Source: Octopus sinensis
Taxonomy: Eukaryota
Direction of reading: 5' to 3'
Assembly (NCBI RefSeq): GCF_006345805.1
Contig: NW_021831850.1
Coordinates: forward strand, 62,001 to 126,000
Length of the DNA: 64,000 nucleotides
The notes under the pieces were generated by a model, which did no database searches, had not been told where the DNA came from, and saw only the letters and a list, made by a program, of their open reading frames with translations. Below are positions 29,398 through 42,700 of the stretch, piece by piece. Positions within the stretch are counted from its first letter, which is position 1, and each line of letters starts with the position of its first letter. A program made the translations under genes and the position numbers.

Positions 29398-29504
29398 ATT
29401 CCTTATACGATGCACCGTTTCGTCTACTGTTTAATGGTAAACTAACCTGATTAAATTAAATCAAGCCAATCTACCATAGGCCCTTAGATTCATCAGTAAG
29501 GAAT
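29398..29504 (-). ncRNA. Type I hammerhead ribozyme
   Basis: Reverse complement of 30198-30304. Confidence 0.8.
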
Positions 29505-30197
29505 AGCCAAATCGGAACAGATATTTTTCACGAGGCATTCACGTCCATGCCTCGCCAATATCTGACCTAAAATTTTCAAATCGTCGCACTCGCGCCAAAT
29601 TTATCGGCAGCAAATAAATATAAGCCGCCGATTCCATTACGGAACTAACCAGAAAATTCATAATTAATCAATATAGGGAGGCAAAAAAATTTTGTAGAAT
29701 TCTTTTGCCCCCAGCGGCCTAGTGGGAAAAAATTAAATAGTCATAAACCATTTTTAAGTTCAATATCACAATCAAGGAACGGCCATAATAGGCCATTCAC
29801 CCACTAGAAATAACAGCCAAAAAGCTTCAACCGCAAAATAACATTAATTCAGAATTAATGTTATTTTGCGGTTGTTGAAGCTTTTTGGCTGTTATTTCTA
29901 GTGGGTGAATGGCCTATTATGGCCGTTCCTTGATTGTGATATTGAACTTAAAAATGGTTTATGACTATTTATTTTTCCACTAGGCCGCTGGGGGCAAAAG
30001 AATTCTACAAAATTTTTTTGCCTCCCTATATTGATTAATTATGAATTTTCTGGTTAGTTCCGTAATGGAATCGGCGGCTTATATTTATTTGCTGCCGATA
30101 AATTTGGCGCGAGTGCGACGATTTGAAAATTTTAGGTCAGATATTGGCGAGGCATGGACGTGAATGCCTCGTGAAAAATATCTGTTCCGATTTGGCT

Positions 30198-30304
30198 ATT
30201 CCTTACTGATGAATCTAAGGGCCTATGGTAGATTGGCTTGATTTAATTTAATCAGGTTAGTTTACCATTAAACAGTAGACGAAACGGTGCATCGTATAAG
30301 GAAT
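30198..30304 (+). ncRNA. Type I hammerhead ribozyme with large stem II insertion
   Basis: ATTCCTTA CTGATGA ATCTA-(~58 nt)-TAGAC GAA ACGG-TGCA-TCGT A TAAGGAAT. 8-bp stem I, GUA site (30296), A10.1-C11.1 mismatch. Confidence 0.8.
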
Positions 30305-30553
30305 TTCAGGGTAAATGTTTTTTTAATTTTCTCCTGGTTTACAGAATTAATGTTATTTTGCGGTTGAAGCTTTTTGGCTGTTATTTCTAGTGGGTGAATG
30401 GCCTATTATGGCCGTTCCTTGATTGTGATATTGAACTTAAAAATGGTTTATGACTATTTAATTTTTTCCCACTAGGCCGCTGGGGGCAAAAGAATTCTAC
30501 AAAATTTTTTGCTCCCTATATTGATTAATTATAAATATTATATATATATATAT

Positions 30554-30585
<32 letters not shown>

Positions 30586-30600
30586 ATATATACATATATA

Positions 30601-30764
30601 CGACAGGCTTCTTTCAATTTCTTTCTACCAAATCCACTCACAAAGCATTAGTCGGCCCGGGGATATAGCAGAAGACACTTGCCCAAGATGCCAGGCAGTG
30701 AGACTGAACCAGGAACCAAGTGGTTAGTTAGCAAGCTACTTACCACGCAGCCACTCCTGCGCCT
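30601..30764 (-). mobile_element. tRNA-derived SINE (head with Pol III A and B boxes)
   Basis: Minus strand: A-box-like TGGCTGCGTGGT (plus 30742-30753) and B-box-like GGTTCAGTCTC (plus 30700-30710), then body ending in (TA)n. Confidence 0.8.
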
Positions 30765-30769
30765 ATTAA

Positions 30770-30781
30770 TATTATTATTAA

Positions 30782-30856
<75 letters not shown>

Positions 30857-30883
30857 CATCATTATTATTATCATTATTATACA

Positions 30884-30914
<31 letters not shown>

Positions 30915-31356
30915 ATTATTACTATCATTGTCATTAACATTATCATTATTATTATTATTTTTATTTTTATTATTATCAGAATCATTATCATTATTATTAT
31001 TATTAACATTATTATTATTATTAATATTATTATTATTATTATTATCATTATCATAATTATTATTATTATTATGTTCGTTATCAGTGTTATTTTTTATATT
31101 ATTTTTTATATTATTATCATTATTAATATTGTTGTTATTATTATAATTATTATTTTTATTATTATAATTATTATCATTATTTGTATTATCATCATTATCA
31201 TTATCATTATAATTATCATTATGAATATTATTATTATAATAATTATTATCAATATTATTACTAATATTATTAATATTCTTCTTCTTATTATTATTATCAT
31301 TATTAATATTATTATCTTTGTTATTATTATTATTATCATTATTATTATTTTTATCA

Positions 31357-31391
<35 letters not shown>

Positions 31392-32123
31392 GTCATTATT
31401 ATCATCATTATTATTAATAATAATATTATTAATATTATAAATATTATTATTTTTATTATTATAACTATTTTTTATTATTATCATTATCATTATCAATTAT
31501 CATTAATAATATTATTATTAATAATATTATTATTATTATAATTATTTTTATTATTAATCTTATTATTATGATTATTATAATTTTATTAGTATGATTATTA
31601 TTATCATTTTCATTGTTGTTATTATTATTAATATTATTATCATTAATTATATTATTATTGTTATTAATATCATTTTGATTAATATTATGATTATTATTAT
31701 TATTATTATTATTATTATTGTCATTATTATTATCATCATCATTGTCATTATCTTTATTATTATTATTATTATATTATTATTATAATAATTATTATCAATA
31801 TTATTACTAATATTATTAATATTATTATTATTAAAGACATTGCTACTACTATTATTTTTATTATTGTTGTTATTATAATAATTATTTTTATTATTATTAT
31901 AATATTATTTTTATTATTATCATTATCATTATCAATTATCATTAATATATTATTATTAATAATATTATTATTATTATAATTATTTTTATTATTAATCTTA
32001 TTATTATGATTATTATAATTTTATTAGTATGATTATTATTATCATTTTCATTGTTGTTATTATTATTAATATTATTATCATTATTATATTATTATTTTTA
32101 TTATTATCATTATTTGTATTATC

Positions 32124-32161
<38 letters not shown>

Positions 32162-32195
32162 TGTCATTATTATTATCATCATCATTGTCATTATC

Positions 32196-32228
<33 letters not shown>

Positions 32229-32827
32229 ATAATCCATATTATTATTATTATTATTATTATTATTAAAGACATTGCTACTACTATTATTTTTATTATTGTT
32301 GTTATTATAATAATTATTTTTATTATTATAATTACCATTATTATTTTTAATATTACTATTATTATTATTATCCTTTTGATTATTTTTATAATTATTATTA
32401 TTTTCATTGTTATTATTTTTATCATTATCATTCTTTTTATTATTATTATTATTATTATTAAGATTATCACTATTATTTTTTTTATTATTTTAATCATAAT
32501 TATTATTATTGTTATTATTAATATTGTTATTCTTCTTCTTCTTATTATTATTATTATCACCATTATCATTATTATTATTATTTTTATTATTATCATTGTC
32601 ATTATCATTATTATTATTATTATCATTATTATTATTATCATCATTATCTTTTTTATTATTTTTATTATTATTATTATGATCATTATCAGTATTAATATTA
32701 ATATTATTATTGATATTATTATTATTATTATTAATATTGTTATTATTATTATAATTATTATTATTATTTTATTATTATTATTATTATTATAATTACAATT
32801 AAACCTCTTATTATTATCATTATTATT

Positions 32828-32858
<31 letters not shown>

Positions 32859-33089
32859 ATATTGTTATTATTATTATAATTATTAATATTATTTTATCAT
32901 TATTATTATTATTATAATTACAATTAAACCTCTTATTATTATCATTATTATTATTATTATCATTATTATTATTATTACCTTTATTATTGGTATTGTTATT
33001 ATTATTATTATTATTATCATGATTAGTATTATTATCATTATTATTATTAATTTTATTCTTCTACTAATTATTATTATTATCATTATTTA

Positions 33090-33133
<44 letters not shown>

Positions 33134-33393
33134 TATTATTATCATTATCATCAATATTATCGCTATCATTATTTTCATTATTATTATTATTATTATTATA
33201 TTATTATTATTAATATTATTATTATCACTATTATTATTATTACTATTATTTTCATCATAATTATCATTATGAATATTATTATTATTATTATTTTCATTAT
33301 TCTTATCATTATTGTTATTATTATCATCATTATTAATATTATTATCATTATTATTGTTATTATTATTATTATTATTATCATTATTATTTTTTT

Positions 33394-33442
<49 letters not shown>

Positions 33443-33508
33443 TATTATTAATGTTATTATTATTAATATTATTAATATGATTATTATTATTTTATTACTA
33501 TGATTCTT

Positions 33509-33539
<31 letters not shown>

Positions 33540-33620
33540 ATATTTTATTATCATTAATTATATTGATATTATTATTATTATTATTATTGCTGTTGTTGTT
33601 GTTATTATTGTTGTTATTGT
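30770..33620. repeat. Degenerate (ATT/ATC)n array with ~0.44-kb internal tandem duplication
   Basis: TTAGTATGATTATTATTATCATTTTCATTG occurs at about 31586 and 32025, with a related string at about 28130. Confidence 0.9.
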
Positions 33621-34654
33621 TGTTATAAGTAGCTTAGGAGAAGATTGCATTGTTTATACCATTTATTCTTTTGAATATGATCAGTGGAATTTTGGAAACA
33701 TGTGTCGAAAGTAAAAATATTTGACTTACACCTGCGTTAAACTCCATTTACTTATTCATATATATATATATTACACATATACATGCATATATATATATAT
33801 ACATTTATACTCATGCATATGTGTATATATATATATATATATATACATATACGTACAACTATCTATCTATATTAATATACATATATATATATATATGTGT
33901 GTGATTATGTGTGCACGTGTTTGCATGTATTTATGTGTGTGTATAAAAGTTAAGTATTTCTTAACATTCTATTTAGGGCGGAGACTTACGAAAAACTAAA
34001 AGCATAAAAGAATATATATATATGTATATGTATGTATATATGTATACATATATGTATATATATATATATATATATATCATAGATATATGTATATATATAT
34101 ATCGACGCGAGTGTCTATATGTGTATATAATTAATTTACTTAAATGCATACGCACCTTACGATTCTAAATTCAAATGTTTTTCTTTTAAACCTGTCTCAC
34201 GTTGTTCAAGCTGGTGTTACGTTGTGTAGGAGATTCATCAAAGTGATCAGCATCAGTACTTTAAACACATGTAAATATATTTGTCTATGTCAATATGTGT
34301 ATGTGTATTTGTATCTAAGTATGTGCGTTTGTCTGTGTGTTATATTTTGACGTATATTTGCGTGCTTGTGACAATGTATGCATACGCGTGTATACTTGCG
34401 CTCTTAGGACCGTCCCTGCATATCCGTGTATATATATATTAAAGAGATTGATATTTTTTTTCTTTATACTGTTGATTTGTTCTTCATGGTTGGTTACACA
34501 TATTATTCCCCTTAGCTGACCGTTTAAGATTCAACACTCGGACACATACACGCATATAAGCACGCCCGGGCACACACACACACACACACACCACATATAT
34601 ATACATTGAAATACATACACACATATAAAATCTACACACGCTCACATGTTGGAG

Positions 34655-35410
34655 GAAAAGTTTTGGTGAAAATTTTCGGTGAAAATTTTTGGTGCAATTT
34701 TTCGTAATATTGTTGGTGAAAATTTTGGGTAAAATTTTCGGTGAAAATTTTTGAAACTTTTCGTTGAAAATTTTCGGAAAATTCTTGGGTAAAGTTTTCG
34801 GTGAAAATTTCGAAAAATTTTTGGGTAAAAATTTCAGTGAAAATTTTCGGTGAAAACTTTCGAAAAATTTTTGGGTAAAATTTTCGTTGAAAGTTTTGAA
34901 AAGCTTTTGGTGAAAATTTTCGGTGAAATTTTAGAAAAATTTTTGGATAAAATTTTCGGTGAAAATTTCCGAAAAATTTTTGGGTAAAATTTTCGAAAAA
35001 TTGTTGGTGAAAATTTTTGGGTAAAATTTTCGGTGAAAATATTCGAAAAATATCTGGGTAAAATTTTCGAAAAATTTTTGGTGAAAATTTTCAAAATATT
35101 TTGGGGGAAAATTTTCGAAAAATTTTTGTGTAAAATTTTCAAAGAATTTTTGGGTAAAATTTTCGGTGAAAATTTCCGAAATATTTTAGGCTAAAATCTT
35201 CGGTTAAAATTTTCGAAACCTTTTTGGTGATAATTTTCGTAAAACTTTTAGGTAAAAGTTTCAGCAAAAATTTTTGGGGAAAATTTTCGAAAATTTTTCG
35301 GAAATTTTCACTGAAAATTTTAGCCAAAAATTTTTCGAAAATTTTCCACGAAACCTTTTCCACGAAAATTTTTTCGAAAATTTTCACCGAAAGTTTTCCT
35401 CAAAAATTTT
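34655..35410. repeat. 12-13-bp minisatellite (GGTGAAAATTTTC-like) with ~36-bp higher-order unit
   Basis: Dozens of GAAAATTTT cores. G-rich phase changes to C-rich phase near 35300. Confidence 0.9.
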
Positions 35411-35534
35411 TTGAAAATTCACTGTGGGGAGACTTTTTGAACAATGTGTGTATATATATACATATATATATAAAATTCGTTGTGGAGAGACTTTTTGAAC
35501 ACTGTGTATATATATATATATATATAAAATTCAC

Positions 35535-37154
35535 GGCACTGTCATGCCTTTGGTTGTCAGAAGTGAAAGTAAAACAATCTGACGTCAGACGTCAACATCG
35601 TGTATTTACGTCGTCAAGTTTATACCTTCGTTTATTTACGTACCAGCACGCTTTATTTTACGCCGTTTATTTACGTACCACCACGCTAGGTTTATAAAAC
35701 AATTGAAGCTTGAAGTTAAGTTTATAAATAAATACATTTCATTCCATGTTCTGTTTAAACTTTATAAATAAATATATTCTTGCATTATTCATTATTGTTT
35801 TTTAAAAAGAAATCACACCAAATCTGCACAAATGACCACCACCACCCTCATGACCACCACCGCGATCACATACACCAATCAGAATGACCACTGACCACCT
35901 CGTGCGTAATTCAAAGTTTGAAATTTCAGTTTGAAAGTTTTTCAGTGTGATATCAACACGTGCGAAAAAATTTTCAATATGGCTTTTGCATATCCAAGTC
36001 TAAGAGGAATTAATCACCGCGATATTGCCATCGCCACGGCTACAACAGCAGATAGCATTAATTGGCTTAAGAGACATGGCCTTTTGAATACCCAGAAAAT
36101 ATGTATATCGTGTGGAGGTACCATGAGTGAAATAGCGAAAAAAAGTATATCGGATGAAGTAATATGGTCGTGTGGAAGGCCTTGTCGAAAAACCGTTTCA
36201 ATTAGAAAAGGAACATTTTTAGAAAATAGTAAATTGAAGTGTCAACAAATCATAGATATATTATATTACTGGGCCAAAGAAGATTTAGCAAAGGGAATAG
36301 GACAGGAATGTCATTTAGCAAATGTAGCCGTAACAGATTGGAGGAATTTTTGCCGTGATATATGTGCAGAATATTATGTTGCACAGAACATTAAGCTCGG
36401 AGGACCGAACCGAATCGTAGAGATAGACGAAAGCACGTTTGTTAGAAGAAAATATAATGTTGGCCATCGGGTTAAAACGCAGTGGGTGTTTGGTGCGTTA
36501 GAAAGAGATACCAGAAGATGTTTTTTAGTGGCAGTGGAAGATCGGGCAGCGGGTACCCTTTTACAAATTATAGAAGACCGTATATTGCCTGGTACAACCA
36601 TAATTTCCGACCTTTGGCGTTCGTATAATACGCTCAATCAGCTAGGATACAGACATTTGACCGTGAATCATTCAATAAATTTTGTTGATCCGGTAATCAT
36701 TGCCACAACCAACCACATAGAATGTTTATGGAAACATGTGAAGAATCGTAACAGAAGAGAAAACGGAACAGCCCGAAATTTACTTCAGACCCATCTCATC
36801 GAATTCATGTGGCGCTATGAATTTAAGGACGATATATTCGGAAAGTTGATGGAGCAAATTCGACAGCTATATCCATGTGTTTGAGATATAGAGAGTATAA
36901 GTATCAAAACAGAATAAGTATCACATTTATTTTTTAAACTTAACTTCAAGTTTATATTTTGATAAATCTCTTCGTTGAAAATAATATTTTTACATTCTAA
37001 ATAATTTGCGTTTATTAATTTGATATATTTACACGCGTTTTTGATTTTGCGTTTTTTAATTTGATAAATTATACGGAAAGAAACGAAGATGGACGAGAAA
37101 AAGTGTGACGTCATTTTCTACTTTCATCCTGACAACAAAAGACATGACAGTGCC
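35535..37154 (+). mobile_element. Merlin (IS1016/IS1595-like) DNA transposon, complete, 1620 bp
   Basis: TIRs GGCACTGTCATGCCTTTGGTTGTCAG and CTGACAACAAAAGACATGACAGTGCC (24/26 match). 8-bp TSD AAATTCAC at 35527-35534 and 37155-37162. Confidence 0.95.
35979..36884 (+). CDS. Merlin / IS1595-family DDE transposase (301 aa from ATG 35979)
   Basis: Uninterrupted ORF with N-terminal Cys pairs (CISC...CGRPC), VEIDES, WVFG, IISDLWRSY, TVNHS..FVDP and TNHIECLW motifs. D-D-E triad intact. Confidence 0.92.
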   Translation: MAFAYPSLRGINHRDIAIATATTADSINWLKRHGLLNTQKICISCGGTMSEIAKKSISDEVIWSCGRPCRKTVSIRKGTFLENSKLKCQQIIDILYYWAKEDLAKGIGQECHLANVAVTDWRNFCRDICAEYYVAQNIKLGGPNRIVEIDESTFVRRKYNVGHRVKTQWVFGALERDTRRCFLVAVEDRAAGTLLQIIEDRILPGTTIISDLWRSYNTLNQLGYRHLTVNHSINFVDPVIIATTNHIECLWKHVKNRNRRENGTARNLLQTHLIEFMWRYEFKDDIFGKLMEQIRQLYPCV

Positions 37155-37190
37155 AAATTCACTGTTGAGAGACTTTTTGAACACTGTGTA

Positions 37191-37260
<70 letters not shown>

Positions 37261-37284
37261 CACTGTGAAGAGAATGTTTGAACA

Positions 37285-37317
<33 letters not shown>

Positions 37318-37351
37318 AGTCGCTGTGGAGACACTTTCTGGAAACTGTATA

Positions 37352-37406
<55 letters not shown>

Positions 37407-37533
37407 TATATATATATAATTCACTGTGGAGAGACTTTTTGAACACTGTGTATATATATATATCTATAAAATTCAATGTGAAGAGACTTTTTGAACACTG
37501 TGTATATATATATATATACAAAATTTTTGAACA

Positions 37534-37581
<48 letters not shown>

Positions 37582-37705
37582 CCCTGTGGAGAGACTTTTT
37601 GAACACTGTGTGTATATAAATATATGGGATACATTTTGAACACTGAGTGTATATATATATAAAATTCACTGTGGAGAGACTTTTTGAACACTGTATATAT
37701 ATATA

Positions 37706-37860
37706 CACTTAGCGGTTCGGCAAAAAGTGACCGATAGAATAAGTACTGGGCTTACAAAAAGAATAAGTCCCGGGGTCAAGTTGCTCGACTAAAGGCGGTG
37801 CTCCAGCATGGCCGCAGGCAAATTACTGAGACAAGTAAAAGAGTAAAAGAGTAAAAGAGT
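37706..37860 (+). mobile_element. SINE 3' portion
   Basis: ...GGCGGTGCTCCAGCATGGCCGCAGG...(AGTAAAAG)3 tail. Same family as 29005-29215. Confidence 0.7.
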
Positions 37861-37958
37861 ATATATATATATAAAATTCATTTTGGAGAGATTTTCTGAA
37901 CACTGTGTATATATAAATATGTAAAATTCACTGCGGAGAGACTTTTTGAACACTGTGT

Positions 37959-38010
<52 letters not shown>

Positions 38011-38089
38011 CACTGCGGAGAGACTTTTTGAACACTATGTATATATATATATAAATAGAATTCACTGTTGAGAGCCTTATTGAACACTG

Positions 38090-38135
<46 letters not shown>

Positions 38136-38335
38136 TTCCTCTTAATAGGAAAATATATATCAGAAAGGAACTCTAATCTTTTGATAAGCATAACAAATGC
38201 GCAACCGTAAAAAGAACTTTCACCTTATTAAATTACTTAAATTACTTAAATTATTTTGTCAGCATTTTCTTCATTTCCTTTTTTATATATCACAACTCGT
38301 GATCCACATCTCCTTTTTTAAATATATGTATATAT

Positions 38336-38369
<34 letters not shown>

Positions 38370-38397
38370 AATTCACAGTGGAGAGAATTTTTAACAC

Positions 38398-38430
<33 letters not shown>

Positions 38431-38432
38431 CT

Positions 38433-39369
38433 ATACTACAAAATTAGAGAATGGAGAAATATACTTAAATCAGTAAAACATCAACTATCCGATGATACTC
38501 AATCCTTCTTTAATACACCATTACATATGAGTAAAGGCAATACATAAAATGAAATGAGATATACAGTAATAGTAAAAAGATAAAGATATAAGTAAAAAAT
38601 TTTCAATATGTATATATATATTATATATATAATGTATGTATATGTATACATGTATATGTATGTGTGTGTGTATGTATGTGTGTGTGCGTTGTGCGCGCGT
38701 GTGTGTGTGTGTGTAAGCATACTTGTCTTTTTGTGTGTTTGTTAACCCCACCAACTATCAACCGTGATTTGGTTGGTTATGTTCCACAACGGAGCAGCTC
38801 CGGCAAAAATATACCGATAGAATAAGCACCAGACTTTACGGTCAATGTCTTCGATTTAAACCCTTCAAGGCGGTGTCCCCAAAGCTTCAAGACAAACAAT
38901 ATGAACACTACACATGATTAACCTAACGCAACATAATATTTCTCAAGTTCAACTCCTCTACCTAAATTATTAATAACTTCATGATTTATGCCGTTAATTT
39001 ATCAAAAGAATAATTGCCATTCTGTTACACCTATTCTTGCTACATTGCACTTTTTATCCTCTCTGCGTTCTCCAAGTTCGTTGCGAAACACACACACACG
39101 CGCGCGCACACGCACACACACATACATACACACACACATACATATACATGTATACATATACATACATTATATATATAAATATATATATACATATTTGAAA
39201 ATTTTTTACTTATATCTCTTTATCTTTTTACTATTACTGTATATCTCATTTCATTTTATGTATTGCCTTTACTCATATGTAATGGTGTATTAAAGTATGG
39301 ATTGAGTATCATCGATAGTTGATATTTTACTGATTTAGTATATTTCTCCATTCTCTAATTTTGTAGTAT
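38433..39369. repeat. Inverted repeat, ~280-bp arms (38433-38714 and 39088-39369) around a ~370-bp spacer containing a degenerate SINE fragment
   Basis: ATACTACAAAATTAGAGAATGG...GTGTGT versus its reverse complement ending TTTGTAGTAT. Confidence 0.85.
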
Positions 39370-39526
39370 TAATTTACGGTAATATTTACTACCTTTACCC
39401 ATAATGCAATAGATGAACTGATTGTTTGACAATTTTTAACATCTATGTATTAATTTTGTTGGGTACCTATCTAGCAGTATATTGGATATATATTATCCCA
39501 TGGTGGGTTGAATTTTCACCCCATCT

Positions 39527-39567
<41 letters not shown>

Positions 39568-39627
39568 AAATTCACTGTTGGGAGACCTTTTGAAATTGTG
39601 TATATTTAAATATATAATATATGAAAT

Positions 39628-39672
<45 letters not shown>

Positions 39673-39777
39673 ATATGTAAAATTCACAGTGGAGAGACAT
39701 TTTGAACACTGTGTTTATATATATATGAGATTCACTGTGGGGAGACGTTTTCAACACTGTATATATATATATATACT

Positions 39778-42700
39778 TTGATACTTTGATACTTTGATAG
39801 GTTTCGGCCATTATTGGCCCAGGCCATGTCTAACTTAATAGCACCACCTGGTGAAGTCTTTCAAGTCAGAATTTGGGCACTATGGCCCGCTCAAGTAGAG
39901 AGTTATTGTTTACAGAGACATATCTGGGTGTAGGGGGTTTATCCGGGATTTCTTGAAGGAATCTGTCCAAAGACTTCTTGAACCCTATAGGGTCAGTTTC
40001 TGTTTTAATGTGTTTTGGTGTAATGTTAAAGAGAGCGGGGCCAATTGAGGTGAAATAATTGTGCCGTATTGTTGTTATGAGATGAGAGTCCGATTTTTGC
40101 TTTGGGCGGATGGCACGGGGCCCAGGCATTGGATGTACCTTAAAGGTGATGCCAACATCATTAGGGCAATGCTGATGGAATATTTTCCACATCATGCAGA
40201 TGATGTAGCGCTCACGACGACGTTGGAAAGAATAGAGTTTTAGCTTTGCTAGTCGACCCCAATAGTCGAGGCCTGTCATGCCATCTATCTTTTTTGTGAT
40301 TGCCCTTTGAGGTGCTTCAACTTTTATGATACCTTGTATTGTGTGGGGAGACCACAGTGGACAACAGTATTCAAGGTGGGGTCGGGCAAAAGTGGAGAAG
40401 AGAAGGATAATGGTGTGGATATCTCTCGACTGGAAAGTTCTGAGAATCCAGGAACACATTCTGCGGGCCATGTCAACTTTGGTGTTTATATGAGTGGCCC
40501 AGCTTATGTTGTTGTCCACAATTACTCCCAAGTCTCTGATATTGTTGGACGCCGCGAGAGTTTCACCTGAAGAAGGGAGTATGGGAGTTTCAGGGCATCC
40601 TCTTTTCCAAGTGGATTAGCTCAAATTTATCCTCGTTCAGCAGCATATTGTTTTTTTCTGCCCATTGGATAACAGCCAGTAGATCTGACTGAAGGCATGT
40701 CCGGTCACTCGCCTCATTTATGACCTTCTGTAGCTTGGGTCATCTGCAAAGATTTTTATGTTGCTGTGCTTGATGATGTCATTAATGTCATTAATGTAGA
40801 TGATGAAAAGAAGTGGGCCCAGCACAGTGCCTTGCGGAACGCCACTACTGACTTTGGCTGGGCTTGATTTTACCCCTTCAACTACAACATGTTGAGATCT
40901 GTCTGTCAGGAAACACTTGATCCATTTCAGTAACTTTCCAGAGACACCAATGTTGGATAGTTTTTTCAATAGGATCTTGTGATCGACCCTGTCGAAGGCC
41001 TTACTGAAATCAAGGTAGATGACATCGGTGTTGGAGCCCTCTCCCAAAGCTCTCAAAATGTCCTCAAAGTGATGCAGGAGCTGCGTTAGGCAGTCCCTTC
41101 CATTACGGAACCCATGTTGGTTGGAGATCAGCCGTCTGTTGCTTTCCAGAAATTGGGTTATTCGAGATCTCACCACCCTCTCAAATACATTGATGATATG
41201 AGAGGTGAGTGAGATCGGACGGTAAATCACTGCAAGGGACTTGTTTCCCTTTTTGAAAACTGGGACAACAGACTGGGACAGAAGGTTTTTTGGAATATAG
41301 CCAGCATCCAGTGAGTTTCTCCACAGATTAGCAAGGGGGGATGCAAGTTGGTGTCGACACACCTTCAGGACACAAGCAGGGAACCTATCGGGGCCTACTG
41401 CTGAATTGTGTTTTATTTCGTTTATCGCCGCTAAGACATCAGGGGCACTACACGTTATGTCCGATATAGTGTGTTGGGGGTTGACATCACTGATACAGCC
41501 CAGATCGGCCATATCAGGATTGCTGAAAACAGAGCAGTATTGTTTCTGCAGTATCTCGGCCATGGATTTGGCATTATCTTGGAGAGTGCCAGTTTCGTCA
41601 ATTAGAGGGCCTACAGTGGAGACAGTGACCCTGCGTTTCCTCGCAAATGAAATGAACACTTTGGGGTTGAGTTTGATTTTTTCAATGGCCCACTTCTCCT
41701 CAGCTGATCTTTGGTTATTGATGAGGGTCTTCATGCATTGTTGGAGGTTATATTTTTTGGATTCAAGCAGTGCGATAGCCGTCGAATGTGTGTGTTGCTG
41801 TTGGCAGTACTTTAGTTTGTTATTTTTTTGTTTGTTCTTTTTATTTTTCTGATAATGGTTTTTCTGTTTTGGGGGATTCTGCACTTTTTGTTCACAGGTC
41901 TTGGTGGGGAGTGTTTTGCACATATGTCTGTGACGGTGTCTACAAAGATCTGCCAAGATGTTTTATGGTTGGTGGAGATGTGTGTATGTGTAAAGGACCA
42001 GTCAACATGTGATAGCTCGTTCCTGATTGCATCCCAGTTGGCATTATGGAGATCCATGTTGTCAAATGGGTGGGCTGGAGGAAGGTCACTAGGATTAGCT
42101 TTCGGCTGGTGGAATTTCATGTTACAGAGAACCATGTCATGGTCTGAAAGAAGGGTTTTTTTCCACTGTAACGTTATGTATAGTGTTAGTGTGGTTACTA
42201 AACACTAAGTCCAAAATGTTCTGATGTCTTGTTGGTGCAAGGACAAGTTGGGACAAGAAAAACTCATTCGTAAAGTCGAAAAGTGACTCTGCTGCTTCTT
42301 TGTCAGCGGTTGAGGCGAGAGTGCTTGGTTTCAAACAGTTTGTAGTCCAGTCAACACAGGGTAGATTGAAGTCTCCCATCATGAGTATGTTGCTAGAATG
42401 GCACTATTGAATAAAGCACTTAATGCTGTTGAGGCATTCTTTAAAGCACAGTATGGGTGTTTGGGGCGGCCTATAGAGCCCAATTACTGTCAGGTCATTG
42501 GCTTTGTTGTGCACGGTGACTGATTCACAGTAGCCGTTGGAGAATATACTATTTCCATCTGCCGTAAATGAATCATGCAGGAAAATGGCAGTTCCACCCT
42601 TCCTCCTGCCGATACGATCCGCGCGGATGGTTGTGAAATTCTTCACTCTCACTTCGGCTTCCAAGTGGGAGTTGTCAAGGTGGGTCTCAGTGAGAATGAA

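Larger units (their letters stand above)
29271..30530. mobile_element. Hammerhead-bearing ~490-bp monomer in partial tandem and inverted arrangement (PLE pseudo-LTR or retrozyme-like)
   Basis: ATATCACAATCAAGG at 29271 and 29763 (period 492). Hairpin apex at about 29851. The right arm is the reverse complement of a permuted 1.4-mer. Confidence 0.8.

Noticed and set aside
33620-34650. Unique-looking sequence as a possible host exon or promoter
   Set aside because: No convincing ORF, splice pair or recognisable homology.
37425-37450. CACAGTG heptamers in the satellite unit (V(D)J RSS-like)
   Set aside because: No ACAAAAACC nonamer at 12 or 23 bp and no RAG/Transib ORF in the window.
38450-38520. 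CCGATGA and GAAA in the inverted-repeat arm as a possible hammerhead
   Set aside because: The core is non-canonical and no stems II/III flank it in the required order.
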